Source: a virus (lineage: Duplodnaviria; Caudoviricetes). Taken from it: DNA of 64,000 nucleotides. Under the pieces are notes generated by a model that was not told the origin of the DNA, made no database searches, and saw only the letters and a list, made by a program, of their open reading frames with translations. Every line of letters begins with the position of its first letter. Within the stretch, counting starts at the first letter, position 1. The stretch lies in the IMG/VR virus record IMGVR_UViG_3300013121_000018, positions 32,001-96,000 of that record. One strand, written 5' to 3'. The translations under genes were made by a program, and so were the position numbers. Positions 27,925-37,531 of this stretch are shown one piece after another.

Positions 27925-29520
27925 ATGAGTACAAAAAAAAGTAAAAATAAGTTTGCTGCTCCTACATTAGCTGCTGTAAGTGAACCCAGTGTTGTAACAT
28001 ACACTGGGGATACTTATCCCAAAAGTGCCTGTAGGCGTATTGATAATGACTATTATCTTATCGGTGATAAAAATATCAAAGATTCTGGTCAAGTATTTCT
28101 TATCAATGATGTCTGGTATCGTCTGTCAACTAATAAGATTACATGGGACTATCGTAAAGAAGAATATGTAATTATTAGTAGTAGCACTTTGATTTACGGC
28201 TTGGTGGATGTCACAAAAGACAAAGAACCGGTTATGGGATATTTTACACCAGATGACCTGAAAGATATTATGGTCTATGATTACGGTGCGTCTGAATTTA
28301 TGGCTATGGATGAAAATATGGCATTAAAACTCCCAAATGCGGTACGATGTGTTTCAGATGGTGCTATAGTATTTTCCAAACTTAAAAACGTAAATTCTCT
28401 TAGTAGATTTGAAAAACATGCTAAAAGAAATTATCCCTCGTTTGATTTGAATAATTATGGATTTGCAAATAATCCTGGCGTTTCTCTTGTAAAAGAAAGG
28501 AATGCTAAATATATTAAAAGTAAAGAATTTACAGTAAATCCTACTATTGCAGAAATTGCAAAATTTCTTAAAGGCTATACATTTGGAGCAGAATTTGAAA
28601 CTGCATGTGGTACATTACCAACAAAAGAACTTCTTAAAACAGGATTAATTCCTGTTAAAGATGGTAGTATTTCTGGACATGAGTATGTTACTCTGGTTCA
28701 TCAAGGTGAACTAGGATTACAGCTTTTGATGGATGCAGCAAATGCATTAAGTACATGGACAACTCCAGATCAGTATTGTTCCTTACATATCCATATCGGA
28801 AATGTTCCTAGAACAAAAGAGTTTATCATCGCTATGTATATGTTGTCATACATGTTACAGCATGAATTACATGAAATCGTAGCTCCATACAAAAAAGATG
28901 TCGGTTATCTTGCATCTAAGAATCATGGCGCTAAAGACCACTGTAAATACTTGCAATCACTGAATCTATTTGGAAATCGCATTTATGATGTTCCTAAAGA
29001 ACAAAAACAAAGAGAAATCGATGTTGTCTTCAAAAATGTATTCGCATGGTTGAATGATGGACAGGGAGAAAATGTTAGAAATAATTTCGGAACAGGAGTA
29101 CATGTTAGACAAGACCGTCCTAAATGGGAATGGCAGTCTAGGTATTACTGGATGAATTTTTGCAATTTAGTATTTTCACCACATCATACAGTTGAGAACA
29201 GGTTGCATAGTGGAACAGTGAATCCAACTAAGACGTTGAATTGGTTATTGATTACTGTGGCAATGATAGATTTTGCCATTAATAATCAAGAAGAGATTAT
29301 TCGTGGCAAAACGAAGTATGCACTTGAGGATATTGTAAACAGATACTATAGAGTATCTGATAGTGGCAACATTATTGCCGATTATTTATTGGCATATATT
29401 CGTGACAGGAAAAACAATTTCTTTAATTTGTCTATGATGGGAGATATGTATGGCAATGAATTTGTAAATAAAAATACTTCCTTTGAACCTTGGGAAGTTT
29501 TGATTAAAAGACTCAAGTAA
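27925..29520 (+). CDS. putative amidoligase (Amidoligase_2, glutamine-synthetase-like fold)
   Basis: TFGAEFET, KDGSI, HEYVT, CSLHIHIG, RYYWMNF, TVENRLHSGT. Confidence 0.85.
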   Translation: MSTKKSKNKFAAPTLAAVSEPSVVTYTGDTYPKSACRRIDNDYYLIGDKNIKDSGQVFLINDVWYRLSTNKITWDYRKEEYVIISSSTLIYGLVDVTKDKEPVMGYFTPDDLKDIMVYDYGASEFMAMDENMALKLPNAVRCVSDGAIVFSKLKNVNSLSRFEKHAKRNYPSFDLNNYGFANNPGVSLVKERNAKYIKSKEFTVNPTIAEIAKFLKGYTFGAEFETACGTLPTKELLKTGLIPVKDGSISGHEYVTLVHQGELGLQLLMDAANALSTWTTPDQYCSLHIHIGNVPRTKEFIIAMYMLSYMLQHELHEIVAPYKKDVGYLASKNHGAKDHCKYLQSLNLFGNRIYDVPKEQKQREIDVVFKNVFAWLNDGQGENVRNNFGTGVHVRQDRPKWEWQSRYYWMNFCNLVFSPHHTVENRLHSGTVNPTKTLNWLLITVAMIDFAINNQEEIIRGKTKYALEDIVNRYYRVSDSGNIIADYLLAYIRDRKNNFFNLSMMGDMYGNEFVNKNTSFEPWEVLIKRLK

Positions 29521-29526
29521 AAGAGA

Positions 29527-30108
29527 ATGAACGGAAAAAGAAACAGAACTAAGGGGCATGATCTCGAAAGAGATTGTGCTTCCCTTTTTAGAAATTTGGG
29601 ATTTAGTTTTGCTAAAACTACTAGAGCAGAGTCTAAAACTTTAGATGATGCCGGAGTTGATATAGCGAACATACCCTTTCTGGTACAGTGTAAAGCAGGA
29701 TACGATGACAGATACCCAAGATTTCCTGAAATTTATAAAGGAATCAGGGAAAACATTAAAAAAGCATATCCTAAAGACAGTCCTTTACAGGAACTTCCTG
29801 TAATTCTGATACATAAGCCAAATAGAAATGCCCCATATTGGAGCATTGACCAAGCTTTTGCTTTGGAATTATTTAAGAAAGCAACTGTTAATGCAGATAT
29901 TATTGCAACTGCAATTGATGTTTTGACAAAAGCAAAACAAGAAATTCTTGCTTTAGAAGAAGCTTTACAACAATCTAATGAGAAAGTAGAAGAATACACA
30001 ATTTATGATGATGTAGAGGATGATGATAATATAATTCATAGTACACCAATTTTTAATGAAACTTATGATCAGATTGTGGCATTACTAGACACACTAAAAA
30101 TAATATAA
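29527..30108 (+). CDS. PD-(D/E)xK Holliday junction resolvase-like nuclease
   Basis: NRTKGHDLER, D.GVDI, LVQCK. Confidence 0.75.
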   Translation: MNGKRNRTKGHDLERDCASLFRNLGFSFAKTTRAESKTLDDAGVDIANIPFLVQCKAGYDDRYPRFPEIYKGIRENIKKAYPKDSPLQELPVILIHKPNRNAPYWSIDQAFALELFKKATVNADIIATAIDVLTKAKQEILALEEALQQSNEKVEEYTIYDDVEDDDNIIHSTPIFNETYDQIVALLDTLKII

Positions 30109-30112
30109 CTGT

Positions 30113-30721
30113 ATGCCAAGAGCCGCAAGTAGTGGTGCAAAAATACACTCTTTCACGCCAAACAGAACCTCAAAATACCTACTGGTCGCATTAAAAGATT
30201 GGGGAACAGCGTTTAACCAAGAATTTGAAACAGTTATAGAAAACATTTTAAAATTTGGAATACATGATGCTAAATACTATGAGGAAATAACAAATAATAT
30301 GTTTATTCTTTTCAAGGTAAATTCAAACTTGCAAAAATTTCTAGACTTTGTCAAAGAACATCCTGCTTATGTTCACGATTACAAATGCGGAAATAATCAT
30401 ATGTTAGTAGTATCTTTTCCTAATAAACATAGTCATTTAGTACCATTGTTTTTAGAAGGAAAATACTCAGAACTTTATTCTACAGAAGATGTTGATAGAT
30501 TGTTTCCTAAAAAAGTATTGATTGGAAATAAAGAAGAAATATATTCTTATTATAGAATATTAACTAAAGATAGTACATATATTCCGATATTTCAGTCAAT
30601 AATAAAAAAAGAATTTAATGTTGGTGATAAATTTGTTCCAAAAGCTAATGAAATTGTTGAACTCGATTTTCCTCCAAAATTGGAAGAAGAAATTTTTAAT
30701 TATGGGTTTAATGATTCATAG
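30113..30721 (+). CDS. conserved hypothetical protein
   Basis: 202 aa with NRTSKYLL and F.EGKYS motifs. Confidence 0.7.
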   Translation: MPRAASSGAKIHSFTPNRTSKYLLVALKDWGTAFNQEFETVIENILKFGIHDAKYYEEITNNMFILFKVNSNLQKFLDFVKEHPAYVHDYKCGNNHMLVVSFPNKHSHLVPLFLEGKYSELYSTEDVDRLFPKKVLIGNKEEIYSYYRILTKDSTYIPIFQSIIKKEFNVGDKFVPKANEIVELDFPPKLEEEIFNYGFNDS

Positions 30722-31115
30722 TATTGCTCTTGAGAATAAAATAAATATTATACCTCAAGATTCGGAGTGGAAACTGCTTACAAAGGCAGTTTCCCTCGAA
30801 TCTAAGGGAGAACCATTCATAGGACAACTATTCGTAGCACAAACAATTATAAACCGTAAAAACGGCTGTAATTGCCCTGTAAGAGAAGTACTTACTAAAA
30901 AGTTTCATAGTAATCCTAATTATATCAAATGGATTGAAGCAGAACCATTGGATACTGCTTTAATGAGAAAATTAAGAATACTAGAAAATGTAAAGATACA
31001 TAGCTTCTGGTATTTTTATAATCTAAAAACTGCTACAGATACAAAATTCCTAAGAGCTATGAAAAAGAAAAAACATAAACTTCAAATCTATAACCATATA
31101 TTTGTTGAAAAATGA
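30711..31115 (+). CDS. cell wall hydrolase (SleB / Hydrolase_2-like)
   Basis: LLTKAVSLESKGEPFIGQLFVAQTIINR, YFYN, IYNHIF; start may be 30702. Confidence 0.75.
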   Translation: MIHSIALENKINIIPQDSEWKLLTKAVSLESKGEPFIGQLFVAQTIINRKNGCNCPVREVLTKKFHSNPNYIKWIEAEPLDTALMRKLRILENVKIHSFWYFYNLKTATDTKFLRAMKKKKHKLQIYNHIFVEK

Positions 31116-31342
31116 CAACAATAACATACTTTGGAGTTACTACCGAAACAGGTGGTGGAAAAAGACCTATCAGAAAAAGACATAACCAAAATTATAAATT
31201 ATATTCTTCTTATTATACAGAAGAAAAATTTCTTAGTTTAGGTAGAACATATGCGCTCGAATATCTTAAATTTAGAACAGATGGTAAAGTGATAGGAAAT
31301 GCACTTACAAGAATTAAAATTAATGATAAATATTTAACATGA
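31112..31342 (+). CDS. hypothetical phage protein
   Basis: ATGA-coupled ORF. Confidence 0.55.
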   Translation: MTTITYFGVTTETGGGKRPIRKRHNQNYKLYSSYYTEEKFLSLGRTYALEYLKFRTDGKVIGNALTRIKINDKYLT

Positions 31343-31572
31343 AACCATTAACCGACAAACAAAAAATAACCTTGGAAAGAGGCAGAGTATTATACAGATT
31401 AAAAGGAATAAAAGATTTAGTTTCTTATACAGAAAGTAATAAATTTACAGAAGATGAAAAAGATGCTTTATTTTCTATAATGACAGAAATACATTCTTTA
31501 GAAACAAGATGGTCATTTAATAATAGTAAAATACTTGAACAACATGATAAGACAAAACAAAATACAATGTAA
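31339..31572 (+). CDS. hypothetical phage protein
   Basis: ATGA-coupled ORF. Confidence 0.55.
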   Translation: MKPLTDKQKITLERGRVLYRLKGIKDLVSYTESNKFTEDEKDALFSIMTEIHSLETRWSFNNSKILEQHDKTKQNTM

Positions 31573-31879
31573 TAATTGTGGTGATATTATTGAATCTGTA
31601 CACGTTCATGATTTTAAATGGTGTAGTTGTGGTAATTGTGCAGTTGATGGTGGAAGAGAATATCTTAAACGTAACGGCATTAATTACAAAGATTTATCAA
31701 CTGTAGATATAGAACTTGAAAAGTTAACACAGTTATATAAACTTTTAAATATGTCCTTAGAAGCATTTAATAACATTCAGAATCAAAAAGTTTTAATAAG
31801 CGAGGGTTATGCTGTAACAGATACTTATCAGATTGCAGCAGCAATTAATAAATTTCTAAAAGATGAAACAAATACCTAG
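31544..31879 (+). CDS. Zn-finger phage protein
   Basis: NKIQCxxCGDIIES..HDFxxCSCGxxAVDGG, a widespread phage motif. Confidence 0.75.
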   Translation: MIRQNKIQCNNCGDIIESVHVHDFKWCSCGNCAVDGGREYLKRNGINYKDLSTVDIELEKLTQLYKLLNMSLEAFNNIQNQKVLISEGYAVTDTYQIAAAINKFLKDETNT

Positions 31880-32126
31880 TGCAGAAGAATTTTTAGAAAA
31901 AGAAAATTTACCAGATTCTTTAAGTGGAGGAACTCTAAAATATGCAATGATTGAATTTGCTAAAATGCATGTAGAAGCAGCATTAGAAGCTGCTGCCGAA
32001 AATGTTGGTATGAAAAAAGAATGTGGTTGTAAAACAGAATCAGAATGCTATGCTGTAATTTGCTGTGATACAGTAATTGATAAGGAATCAATACTAGACG
32101 CTTATCCTGAAAATTTAATACAATGA
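31863..32126 (+). CDS. hypothetical phage protein
   Basis: MIEFAKMHVEAALEAA..IDKESILxAYP, pattern seen in Bacteroidota phages. Confidence 0.7.
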   Translation: MKQIPSAEEFLEKENLPDSLSGGTLKYAMIEFAKMHVEAALEAAAENVGMKKECGCKTESECYAVICCDTVIDKESILDAYPENLIQ

Positions 32127-32488
32127 CAGAACACTTTTGCAATTATGAGAATAGCTTGATGTTAAAAGAATTGGGATTTGATGAAGAAAGTATAGCTATT
32201 CATATAGGAGGAAGCGTTTTTATGGGAGTATACGGTAGAAAAAATTCTATACAGGATGATAATTATCCTATAGCTCCACTTCTTTCTCAGGTAATACAGT
32301 GGATTTATCTGGAAGAAAATTATATCATCATAATCAATTGGGATTCAGACTTATTAGGTTGGAGATACCAAATTTTAGATAATGTTTTAGGGCGTATTAA
32401 AAGCAGTAATCAAGCTTATGAAACCTGGAATCAATGTGCGCAAGATGCTATTACTACAACTTTAAAAATAATTAAAGAAGATGTTTAA
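32123..32488 (+). CDS. hypothetical protein, paralog of 8586..8954
   Basis: LKELGFDE..APLLSQVIQW pattern. Confidence 0.7.
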   Translation: MTEHFCNYENSLMLKELGFDEESIAIHIGGSVFMGVYGRKNSIQDDNYPIAPLLSQVIQWIYLEENYIIIINWDSDLLGWRYQILDNVLGRIKSSNQAYETWNQCAQDAITTTLKIIKEDV

Positions 32489-32542
32489 AAAATCAGAACA
32501 ATTAGATTCTGGAGAAGTTGATTTAGAAACCGCAGAAACAGT

Positions 32543-32959
32543 ATGAAGAAAAAAGAATTAAAAACACTAGAAGAAATTGAAGAATACTTTGCTAAACAGC
32601 CTAAGATATATATTAAAAAAGAATATTCTAATTATAAAGACTTAGCTAAAGATATGGCTTGTGGTAAAGTTCCTACTTTTTATAAGAGGGGGAGACAACA
32701 AGCATATCCTTCTTCATATAGAAGTCTTACGGATATAATCAGAACATGTAAAACATATTTTAACGTGTCTGCTAAAGAAGTGTTATTGTATTTAGATACC
32801 TTAAATAACACTAGAAATAGATGCCATGTCATACGAAAGTATGTTTTTCATCATAATGAATATCCTTGGGGATTTCAAAAAACTCCAGGTCAGCTTCAAG
32901 TAAAAACCGAAATAGGTGATATGCGCTATGGAGATTTAATTAAACTTTGCCAAGAATGA
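32543..32959 (+). CDS. hypothetical protein, RSFxD..C..YFP family copy 3
   Basis: PTFY..QQ...YRSLTDIIRTCKTYF. Confidence 0.65.
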   Translation: MKKKELKTLEEIEEYFAKQPKIYIKKEYSNYKDLAKDMACGKVPTFYKRGRQQAYPSSYRSLTDIIRTCKTYFNVSAKEVLLYLDTLNNTRNRCHVIRKYVFHHNEYPWGFQKTPGQLQVKTEIGDMRYGDLIKLCQE

Positions 32960-33474
32960 AAGTAATTTTTACGTATGGAATTTCTGGTTCAGGTAAAAGT
33001 ACTTGGACTAGAAATTTCATACAATCAAATCCCAATTATATCCGAATAAATCGAGATGCAATTAGGGAAACTTTAATACCAGACCATATAAACAACTGGT
33101 ATAATAGACCAGACCGAGAACAACTTGAAAAGTTAGTATCTTCAATTGAGTACGATTTGACTGATATAGCTTACATACATGATAAAGATATTGTTATTGA
33201 CTCTACAAATCTTGATAAAAAGCGTTTAGAGGCATTTTTAGTCTATTTAAAGAAACATCATGATGAAGTAGATATATCTATCAAGATTTTTGAATGTCGT
33301 CTTAGAATAGCTCAAAATAGGGTATATCGAAGAGATTATGCTGGAGAAACCTTTGATGATGATGAATACTTTGATTTAGCAAACAAACCTCAAGTAGCAT
33401 ATATTGAAAAACAGTACAATAAATTTCAAGGTAATTTACCTTGGATAAAATCTTTACCTTATAATATAATATAA
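32956..33474 (+). CDS. polynucleotide-kinase-like P-loop kinase (AAA_33), second copy
   Basis: GISGSGKST, INRDAIRE, IVIDSTNL, RVYRR. Confidence 0.85.
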   Translation: MKVIFTYGISGSGKSTWTRNFIQSNPNYIRINRDAIRETLIPDHINNWYNRPDREQLEKLVSSIEYDLTDIAYIHDKDIVIDSTNLDKKRLEAFLVYLKKHHDEVDISIKIFECRLRIAQNRVYRRDYAGETFDDDEYFDLANKPQVAYIEKQYNKFQGNLPWIKSLPYNII

Positions 33475-33480
33475 AAGAAA

Positions 33481-33708
33481 ATGACAATAGAAGAATTAGA
33501 AAAATTAGGATTTGGTCATTTACAATCTAAACTTTACCCAAGAAGATTTTTTATGCCCATACTTGGAGAAAAAGATATTCCTGAATACTATAAACTTGAA
33601 AACATTTTTGAAATGTATTATGATAAAGGTGTTACTGATGGAATTGAGAAAGGGAAACGAGAAAAAATAAATCAGTTTAGAAAGTTTTTAGAACTTAATG
33701 AATTATGA
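33481..33708 (+). CDS. hypothetical phage protein
   Basis: 75-aa ORF. Confidence 0.55.
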   Translation: MTIEELEKLGFGHLQSKLYPRRFFMPILGEKDIPEYYKLENIFEMYYDKGVTDGIEKGKREKINQFRKFLELNEL

Positions 33709-33935
33709 CAACACTAGAAATATTAACTAAACTACTCGAACAAGATAAACATAAACTAATAGATACTCCTTTAAATAATGAATTAGATTTTATTCAAGAA
33801 GCAATGAAATTATATGCTCAACAATTTATTGATGTTGCTAATAAAATAATTGGGCCGGCCTCAGATATATTGGGTGAAGAATATGATGAAGAATATGAAA
33901 ATTGGCATAAAATTCAAAAAATAAATGAAGATTAA
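33705..33935 (+). CDS. hypothetical phage protein
   Basis: 76-aa ORF; AMKLYA motif resembles SMITYA in the next ORF. Confidence 0.55.
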   Translation: MTTLEILTKLLEQDKHKLIDTPLNNELDFIQEAMKLYAQQFIDVANKIIGPASDILGEEYDEEYENWHKIQKINED

Positions 33936-34191
33936 AACAACAGAAGAAATATTAAATGATCTTTCACTAGGAGAGTATAATGATAAATTTGAACATGTTC
34001 TTCTTCATATGATGTATGACGAAGATAAATATTCGGATTCAGATTCTTTTTATAAATTTATCAGAGATTCGATGATTACTTATGCAAAAGAAATCCTGAA
34101 AAAATTGTTTGAGGACGGTCTGGGAAACATTGATACAAATCAAAGCATTGATGATATTATCAAAAACTACAAAAGTTTAAAGTTAATATGA
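33925..34191 (+). CDS. hypothetical phage protein
   Basis: 88-aa ORF. Confidence 0.55.
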   Translation: MKIKTTEEILNDLSLGEYNDKFEHVLLHMMYDEDKYSDSDSFYKFIRDSMITYAKEILKKLFEDGLGNIDTNQSIDDIIKNYKSLKLI

Positions 34192-34808
34192 TAAAATTTG
34201 AAAAACTAGAATTTTCTCCAGAAGATATATGGTTTACATCAGACTTACATTATAATCATAAAAACATATCAAAAGATTCTGTATGGGACAGAACTGCTGC
34301 TGATGAAGACATTCGTCCTTGGGGTGTTGAAGAAATGAATCAAATTATTATCGATGAAATTAATTCTAAAGTACCTTATAATGGATTATTAATTCATCTT
34401 GGTGATTGGTCATTTGGTGGTTATCAAAAAGCTGTAGAGCTTAGAAGCAACGTATTCTGTGAAAACATTATAGGTTGTTATGGTAATCATGATCATAACA
34501 TACTGAATAAGAATGACTTAAGAAGTATGTTTTCTTATATAGACCATATTCTTTATTTGAATGTTGATAATCAAAATATAATGTGCAGTCATTATCCAAT
34601 GATTTCTTGGCATCAACAAAATAAAGGAACGTGGATGTTACACGGTCATTGTCATGGAAATCTTCTAGATAATCCTAATTTGAAATCTTTAGATGTAGGT
34701 TTTGATACTAAATTGTACAACCACAAACAATATACTCTGTATTCATTTGCTGAATTAAAAGCAATTATGGAACAGAAGGTATTTAAACCAGTAGACCATC
34801 ATGGATGA
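34188..34808 (+). CDS. calcineurin-like metallophosphoesterase
   Basis: TSDLH, HLGD, GNHD, SHYP, HGHCH, DVG. Confidence 0.92.
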   Translation: MIKFEKLEFSPEDIWFTSDLHYNHKNISKDSVWDRTAADEDIRPWGVEEMNQIIIDEINSKVPYNGLLIHLGDWSFGGYQKAVELRSNVFCENIIGCYGNHDHNILNKNDLRSMFSYIDHILYLNVDNQNIMCSHYPMISWHQQNKGTWMLHGHCHGNLLDNPNLKSLDVGFDTKLYNHKQYTLYSFAELKAIMEQKVFKPVDHHG

Positions 34809-35115
34809 TTTATTAATTGCTATAAGTGATATTGCACAAACTCGTAATCCATATGAATATGGACTTCCGACACATGATGAAGAATTATTAGCATTAATGT
34901 GTGAACAAATAAAACAATTTGTTAGTAAAAAATGTGCTGAACAAAGACAATTGTGTGTCGATAATGCTAAAATAAATGTTGAAGCTAAATTTAAAGGAGA
35001 AGTAAGAAATACACAAGCGAATTCTTATTTTTATGATTTTAAAGAACAAGGTGGGAAACGTGAAATTACTGTATACATAGAATCAATCATTAATGCACCA
35101 GAACCAATACTATGA
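34801..35115 (+). CDS. hypothetical phage protein
   Basis: 104-aa ORF. Confidence 0.6.
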   Translation: MDDLLIAISDIAQTRNPYEYGLPTHDEELLALMCEQIKQFVSKKCAEQRQLCVDNAKINVEAKFKGEVRNTQANSYFYDFKEQGGKREITVYIESIINAPEPIL

Positions 35116-35303
35116 AAAGTGATAAATACGAGAAGGAAACTCTAGTAATTTACAGAAAAGATGGAAGTATTCTTAAAGAAATTGATGTAACCAATTGGTC
35201 TTATATTCGTAAACTGGAAAAAAGAAATTCTTGTATGACAAAATTATTATCAGCAGATCATTGGGACATCATCCAAATAAGAAAAAAAGATGACGAAGAC
35301 TGA
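35112..35303 (+). CDS. hypothetical phage protein
   Basis: 63-aa ORF. Confidence 0.5.
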   Translation: MKSDKYEKETLVIYRKDGSILKEIDVTNWSYIRKLEKRNSCMTKLLSADHWDIIQIRKKDDED

Positions 35304-35440
35304 AGCAATCTATCAGGCATTTTGTGAGATTGTGCCGTTTACAAAAAAAGAAGTAACGGTGAGAGTTGAGGATGATACTGATGAATATGGTAATTTTGTT
35401 AGAGTGTATTTTGAAAAATCTGTTTCATCAAAAGTAAGAT

Positions 35441-35779
35441 ATGACAATAACATACGATGAAAGAATAATCGGAAATAAACTTATTGCTAACTTCATGGGT
35501 GGTAAGTATAAGATTTCTCAGGAGTATTTACCTATGGATTCTATGTGGCTTCCTACTCATGGTATATGTAAACATGATACTATAGAATTGGGAAAAGGTA
35601 AGATTTTTCAATATCATGCATCTTGGGATTGGTTAATACCAGTTGCAGCTAAAATTGCTATTATTTCTGAAGAACCTGAAGAATTAGATTCTTTAAAATC
35701 TGCAATATTATTTAATGATATTAACACTGCTTGGAAAGATTGTGTAAATTGGCTTAAAGAGCATACAATAAAACTATGA
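35441..35779 (+). CDS. hypothetical phage protein
   Basis: NKLIANFMG..YH.SWDWLIPV..KI motif common in Bacteroidota phages. Confidence 0.7.
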   Translation: MTITYDERIIGNKLIANFMGGKYKISQEYLPMDSMWLPTHGICKHDTIELGKGKIFQYHASWDWLIPVAAKIAIISEEPEELDSLKSAILFNDINTAWKDCVNWLKEHTIKL

Positions 35780-35952
35780 ACAACAGGAGAGTAATCAACA
35801 CTGTACAGTAGGTTTACTACTGAGGTGTACAAACATACTTTGAAACACTATGTTTGACTTGTTGTTTATCATTGGAATTACCGATGTTGTTGTTGGTTTT
35901 GTCGATTATTTAGCAATAATTGGCATTACTGATATAGAAGTCGGTTAATTCC
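35776..35952 (+). ncRNA. candidate structured ncRNA
   Basis: Multibranch domain closed by atgaacaacagg/cttgttgtttat, then a long G-U-rich hairpin ggaattaccga...tcggttaattcc. Confidence 0.5.
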
Positions 35953-35953
35953 T

Positions 35954-35984
35954 GAAGCGTCTGAAATATGACGCTTCTTTTTTT
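35954..35984 (+). terminator. intrinsic terminator
   Basis: gaagcgtc-tgaaatat-gacgcttc + T7. Confidence 0.85.
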
Positions 35985-35992
35985 AAAATTAT

Positions 35993-36505
35993 ATGACAAA
36001 AATAAAAATAGGATTAGACCTTGACGGCTGTATTGTCGATTTTACTGGTGGATTCTTTAAATGGTTTGATGAACCATTGCCTAAAATTACACAGTGGGAA
36101 GTTGATTTTATAAATGAGAATTTTGAACATATTGCTAACGATAAAGATTTTTGGCTTAGTTTAGATCCACTTATAGATCCAAAAGAACTGGAAGGAATTC
36201 CAGTTTACTGTTACATTACTGCTAGACCTGTAGATCCACATATAAGCTTTAAATGGCTTGAAATGCATGGATTTCCACTTGCACCAGTATTCGGTGTAGG
36301 TTCTGATGGTGCAAAGCATGACACTAAAACAGAAATTATTAGAGAACTTGGTATCAATTACTTTGTTGATGATAAGCGTCAACACTTTGATGAAATTAAT
36401 TCATGTACAGATTGTACATGTTTTCTAATGAATACACCTTGGACTGAATGGGAAACTGTTCAGCCTAAAATACACACGTTTCAAGAATTAAAAGAAGTAC
36501 TTTAA
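35993..36505 (+). CDS. HAD-family 5'(3')-deoxyribonucleotidase-like phosphatase
   Basis: GLDLDG, YITAR, K, FVDD. Confidence 0.85.
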   Translation: MTKIKIGLDLDGCIVDFTGGFFKWFDEPLPKITQWEVDFINENFEHIANDKDFWLSLDPLIDPKELEGIPVYCYITARPVDPHISFKWLEMHGFPLAPVFGVGSDGAKHDTKTEIIRELGINYFVDDKRQHFDEINSCTDCTCFLMNTPWTEWETVQPKIHTFQELKEVL

Positions 36506-36831
36506 TGGAACTTGGTGATAGATATAATGAAGGAAAACCGATGATGTCTTTAGTACCGCCAATTGCAATGACAGAAGTTGCTAAGGTGTTAACATATGGT
36601 GCTCAGAAATATGCAAAGAACAATTGGTTGAAGGGAAGACCTCACATGGAGTTTATTGACAGCATGGAAAGACATGTTGCTGAATGGAAGAAATGTATTG
36701 ATATTGACCCTGAAAGTGGGTTACATCATATTTCACATGCAGCATGTAATCTTATGATGCTGTTAGAATTAATAGCCTTACGTCCAGATTTGGATGATAG
36801 GCCATTAGAGTTTTACAATGAAAAAAAGTAA
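36505..36831 (+). CDS. dATP/dGTP diphosphohydrolase domain protein (DUF5664)
   Basis: G.RYNEGKP..SLVP, VLTYGAQKY..NNW..G, SMERH, DPESGLHH..HAACN. Confidence 0.85.
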   Translation: MELGDRYNEGKPMMSLVPPIAMTEVAKVLTYGAQKYAKNNWLKGRPHMEFIDSMERHVAEWKKCIDIDPESGLHHISHAACNLMMLLELIALRPDLDDRPLEFYNEKK

Positions 36832-37096
36832 ATATATGTACACATTGTTTTTTAAAAGTAAAGGTGGAGATTCTACAACAGGACAAGATACTGAATATCA
36901 TGCAGAAGTTGCTACTATTGAAGCAAATAATTTTGTCGAACTAGGAACTCAGGCTGATAAAATTATTTCAAATTTAGGACAGAATGTTGATGATTTTGCT
37001 ATCGATGTTTTAAATAGAGGTTCTGAATATGAAAACGCAAACGGAACAGGAAAAGAAATCATGAAAAATTATAATTCAAACTCAACATTAAAATGA
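36818..37096 (+). CDS. hypothetical phage protein
   Basis: 92-aa ORF. Confidence 0.55.
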   Translation: MKKSKYMYTLFFKSKGGDSTTGQDTEYHAEVATIEANNFVELGTQADKIISNLGQNVDDFAIDVLNRGSEYENANGTGKEIMKNYNSNSTLK

Positions 37097-37293
37097 GAGA
37101 CAAAATTACAGATGTATTAATTGGAATGTCGGCTGCTTATGAAGCCGCATTTAGGGAATTAACAGAAAAGTTCAAAGAAGTAAAAGAGCATATGGTTGAA
37201 TATCAAGAAACAACTTTACCAAATGGTAAAAAATCTGTACGTGCATATGCCGCAAACTTTGGTTATTCTTCATCATATGAGTTTCCGGCATAA
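37093..37293 (+). CDS. hypothetical phage protein
   Basis: 66-aa ORF. Confidence 0.55.
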   Translation: MRDKITDVLIGMSAAYEAAFRELTEKFKEVKEHMVEYQETTLPNGKKSVRAYAANFGYSSSYEFPA

Positions 37294-37531
37294 ATCTTTA
37301 AAAGAAGCATTGGAAAATACCACAGTTGAAGATTTAACAAGTGAATGGTATTCATTATCAGATTCTGAAATGAAACGACCTAAGATTGAAATTGCAGGTC
37401 GTTTATTTTCTTCAATTAAAGAAGCGGCACAACAAAGTGGTTTTGGTATTGGACAACTAAGAGGTTGGCTTAGAAGTAAAAACCCAACTAAAAGAATTCA
37501 ACATAAAATAAGAAGAGTCTATGAAGACTAA
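37277..37531 (+). CDS. small HTH (NUMOD1-like) DNA-binding protein
   Basis: KIEIAGRLFSSIKEAAQQSG...LRGWL. Confidence 0.6.
   Translation: MSFRHKSLKEALENTTVEDLTSEWYSLSDSEMKRPKIEIAGRLFSSIKEAAQQSGFGIGQLRGWLRSKNPTKRIQHKIRRVYED

Noticed and set aside
35818-35848. Hammerhead ribozyme in the candidate ncRNA (ctgagg...gaaa)
   Set aside because: The core reads CUGAGGU rather than CUGANGA and the stems do not fit the hammerhead topology.
36505-36831. 2-aminoadenine or deazaguanine DNA modification suggested by DUF5664
   Set aside because: No PurZ, DpdA or Que-pathway genes in the window; DUF5664 alone is insufficient.
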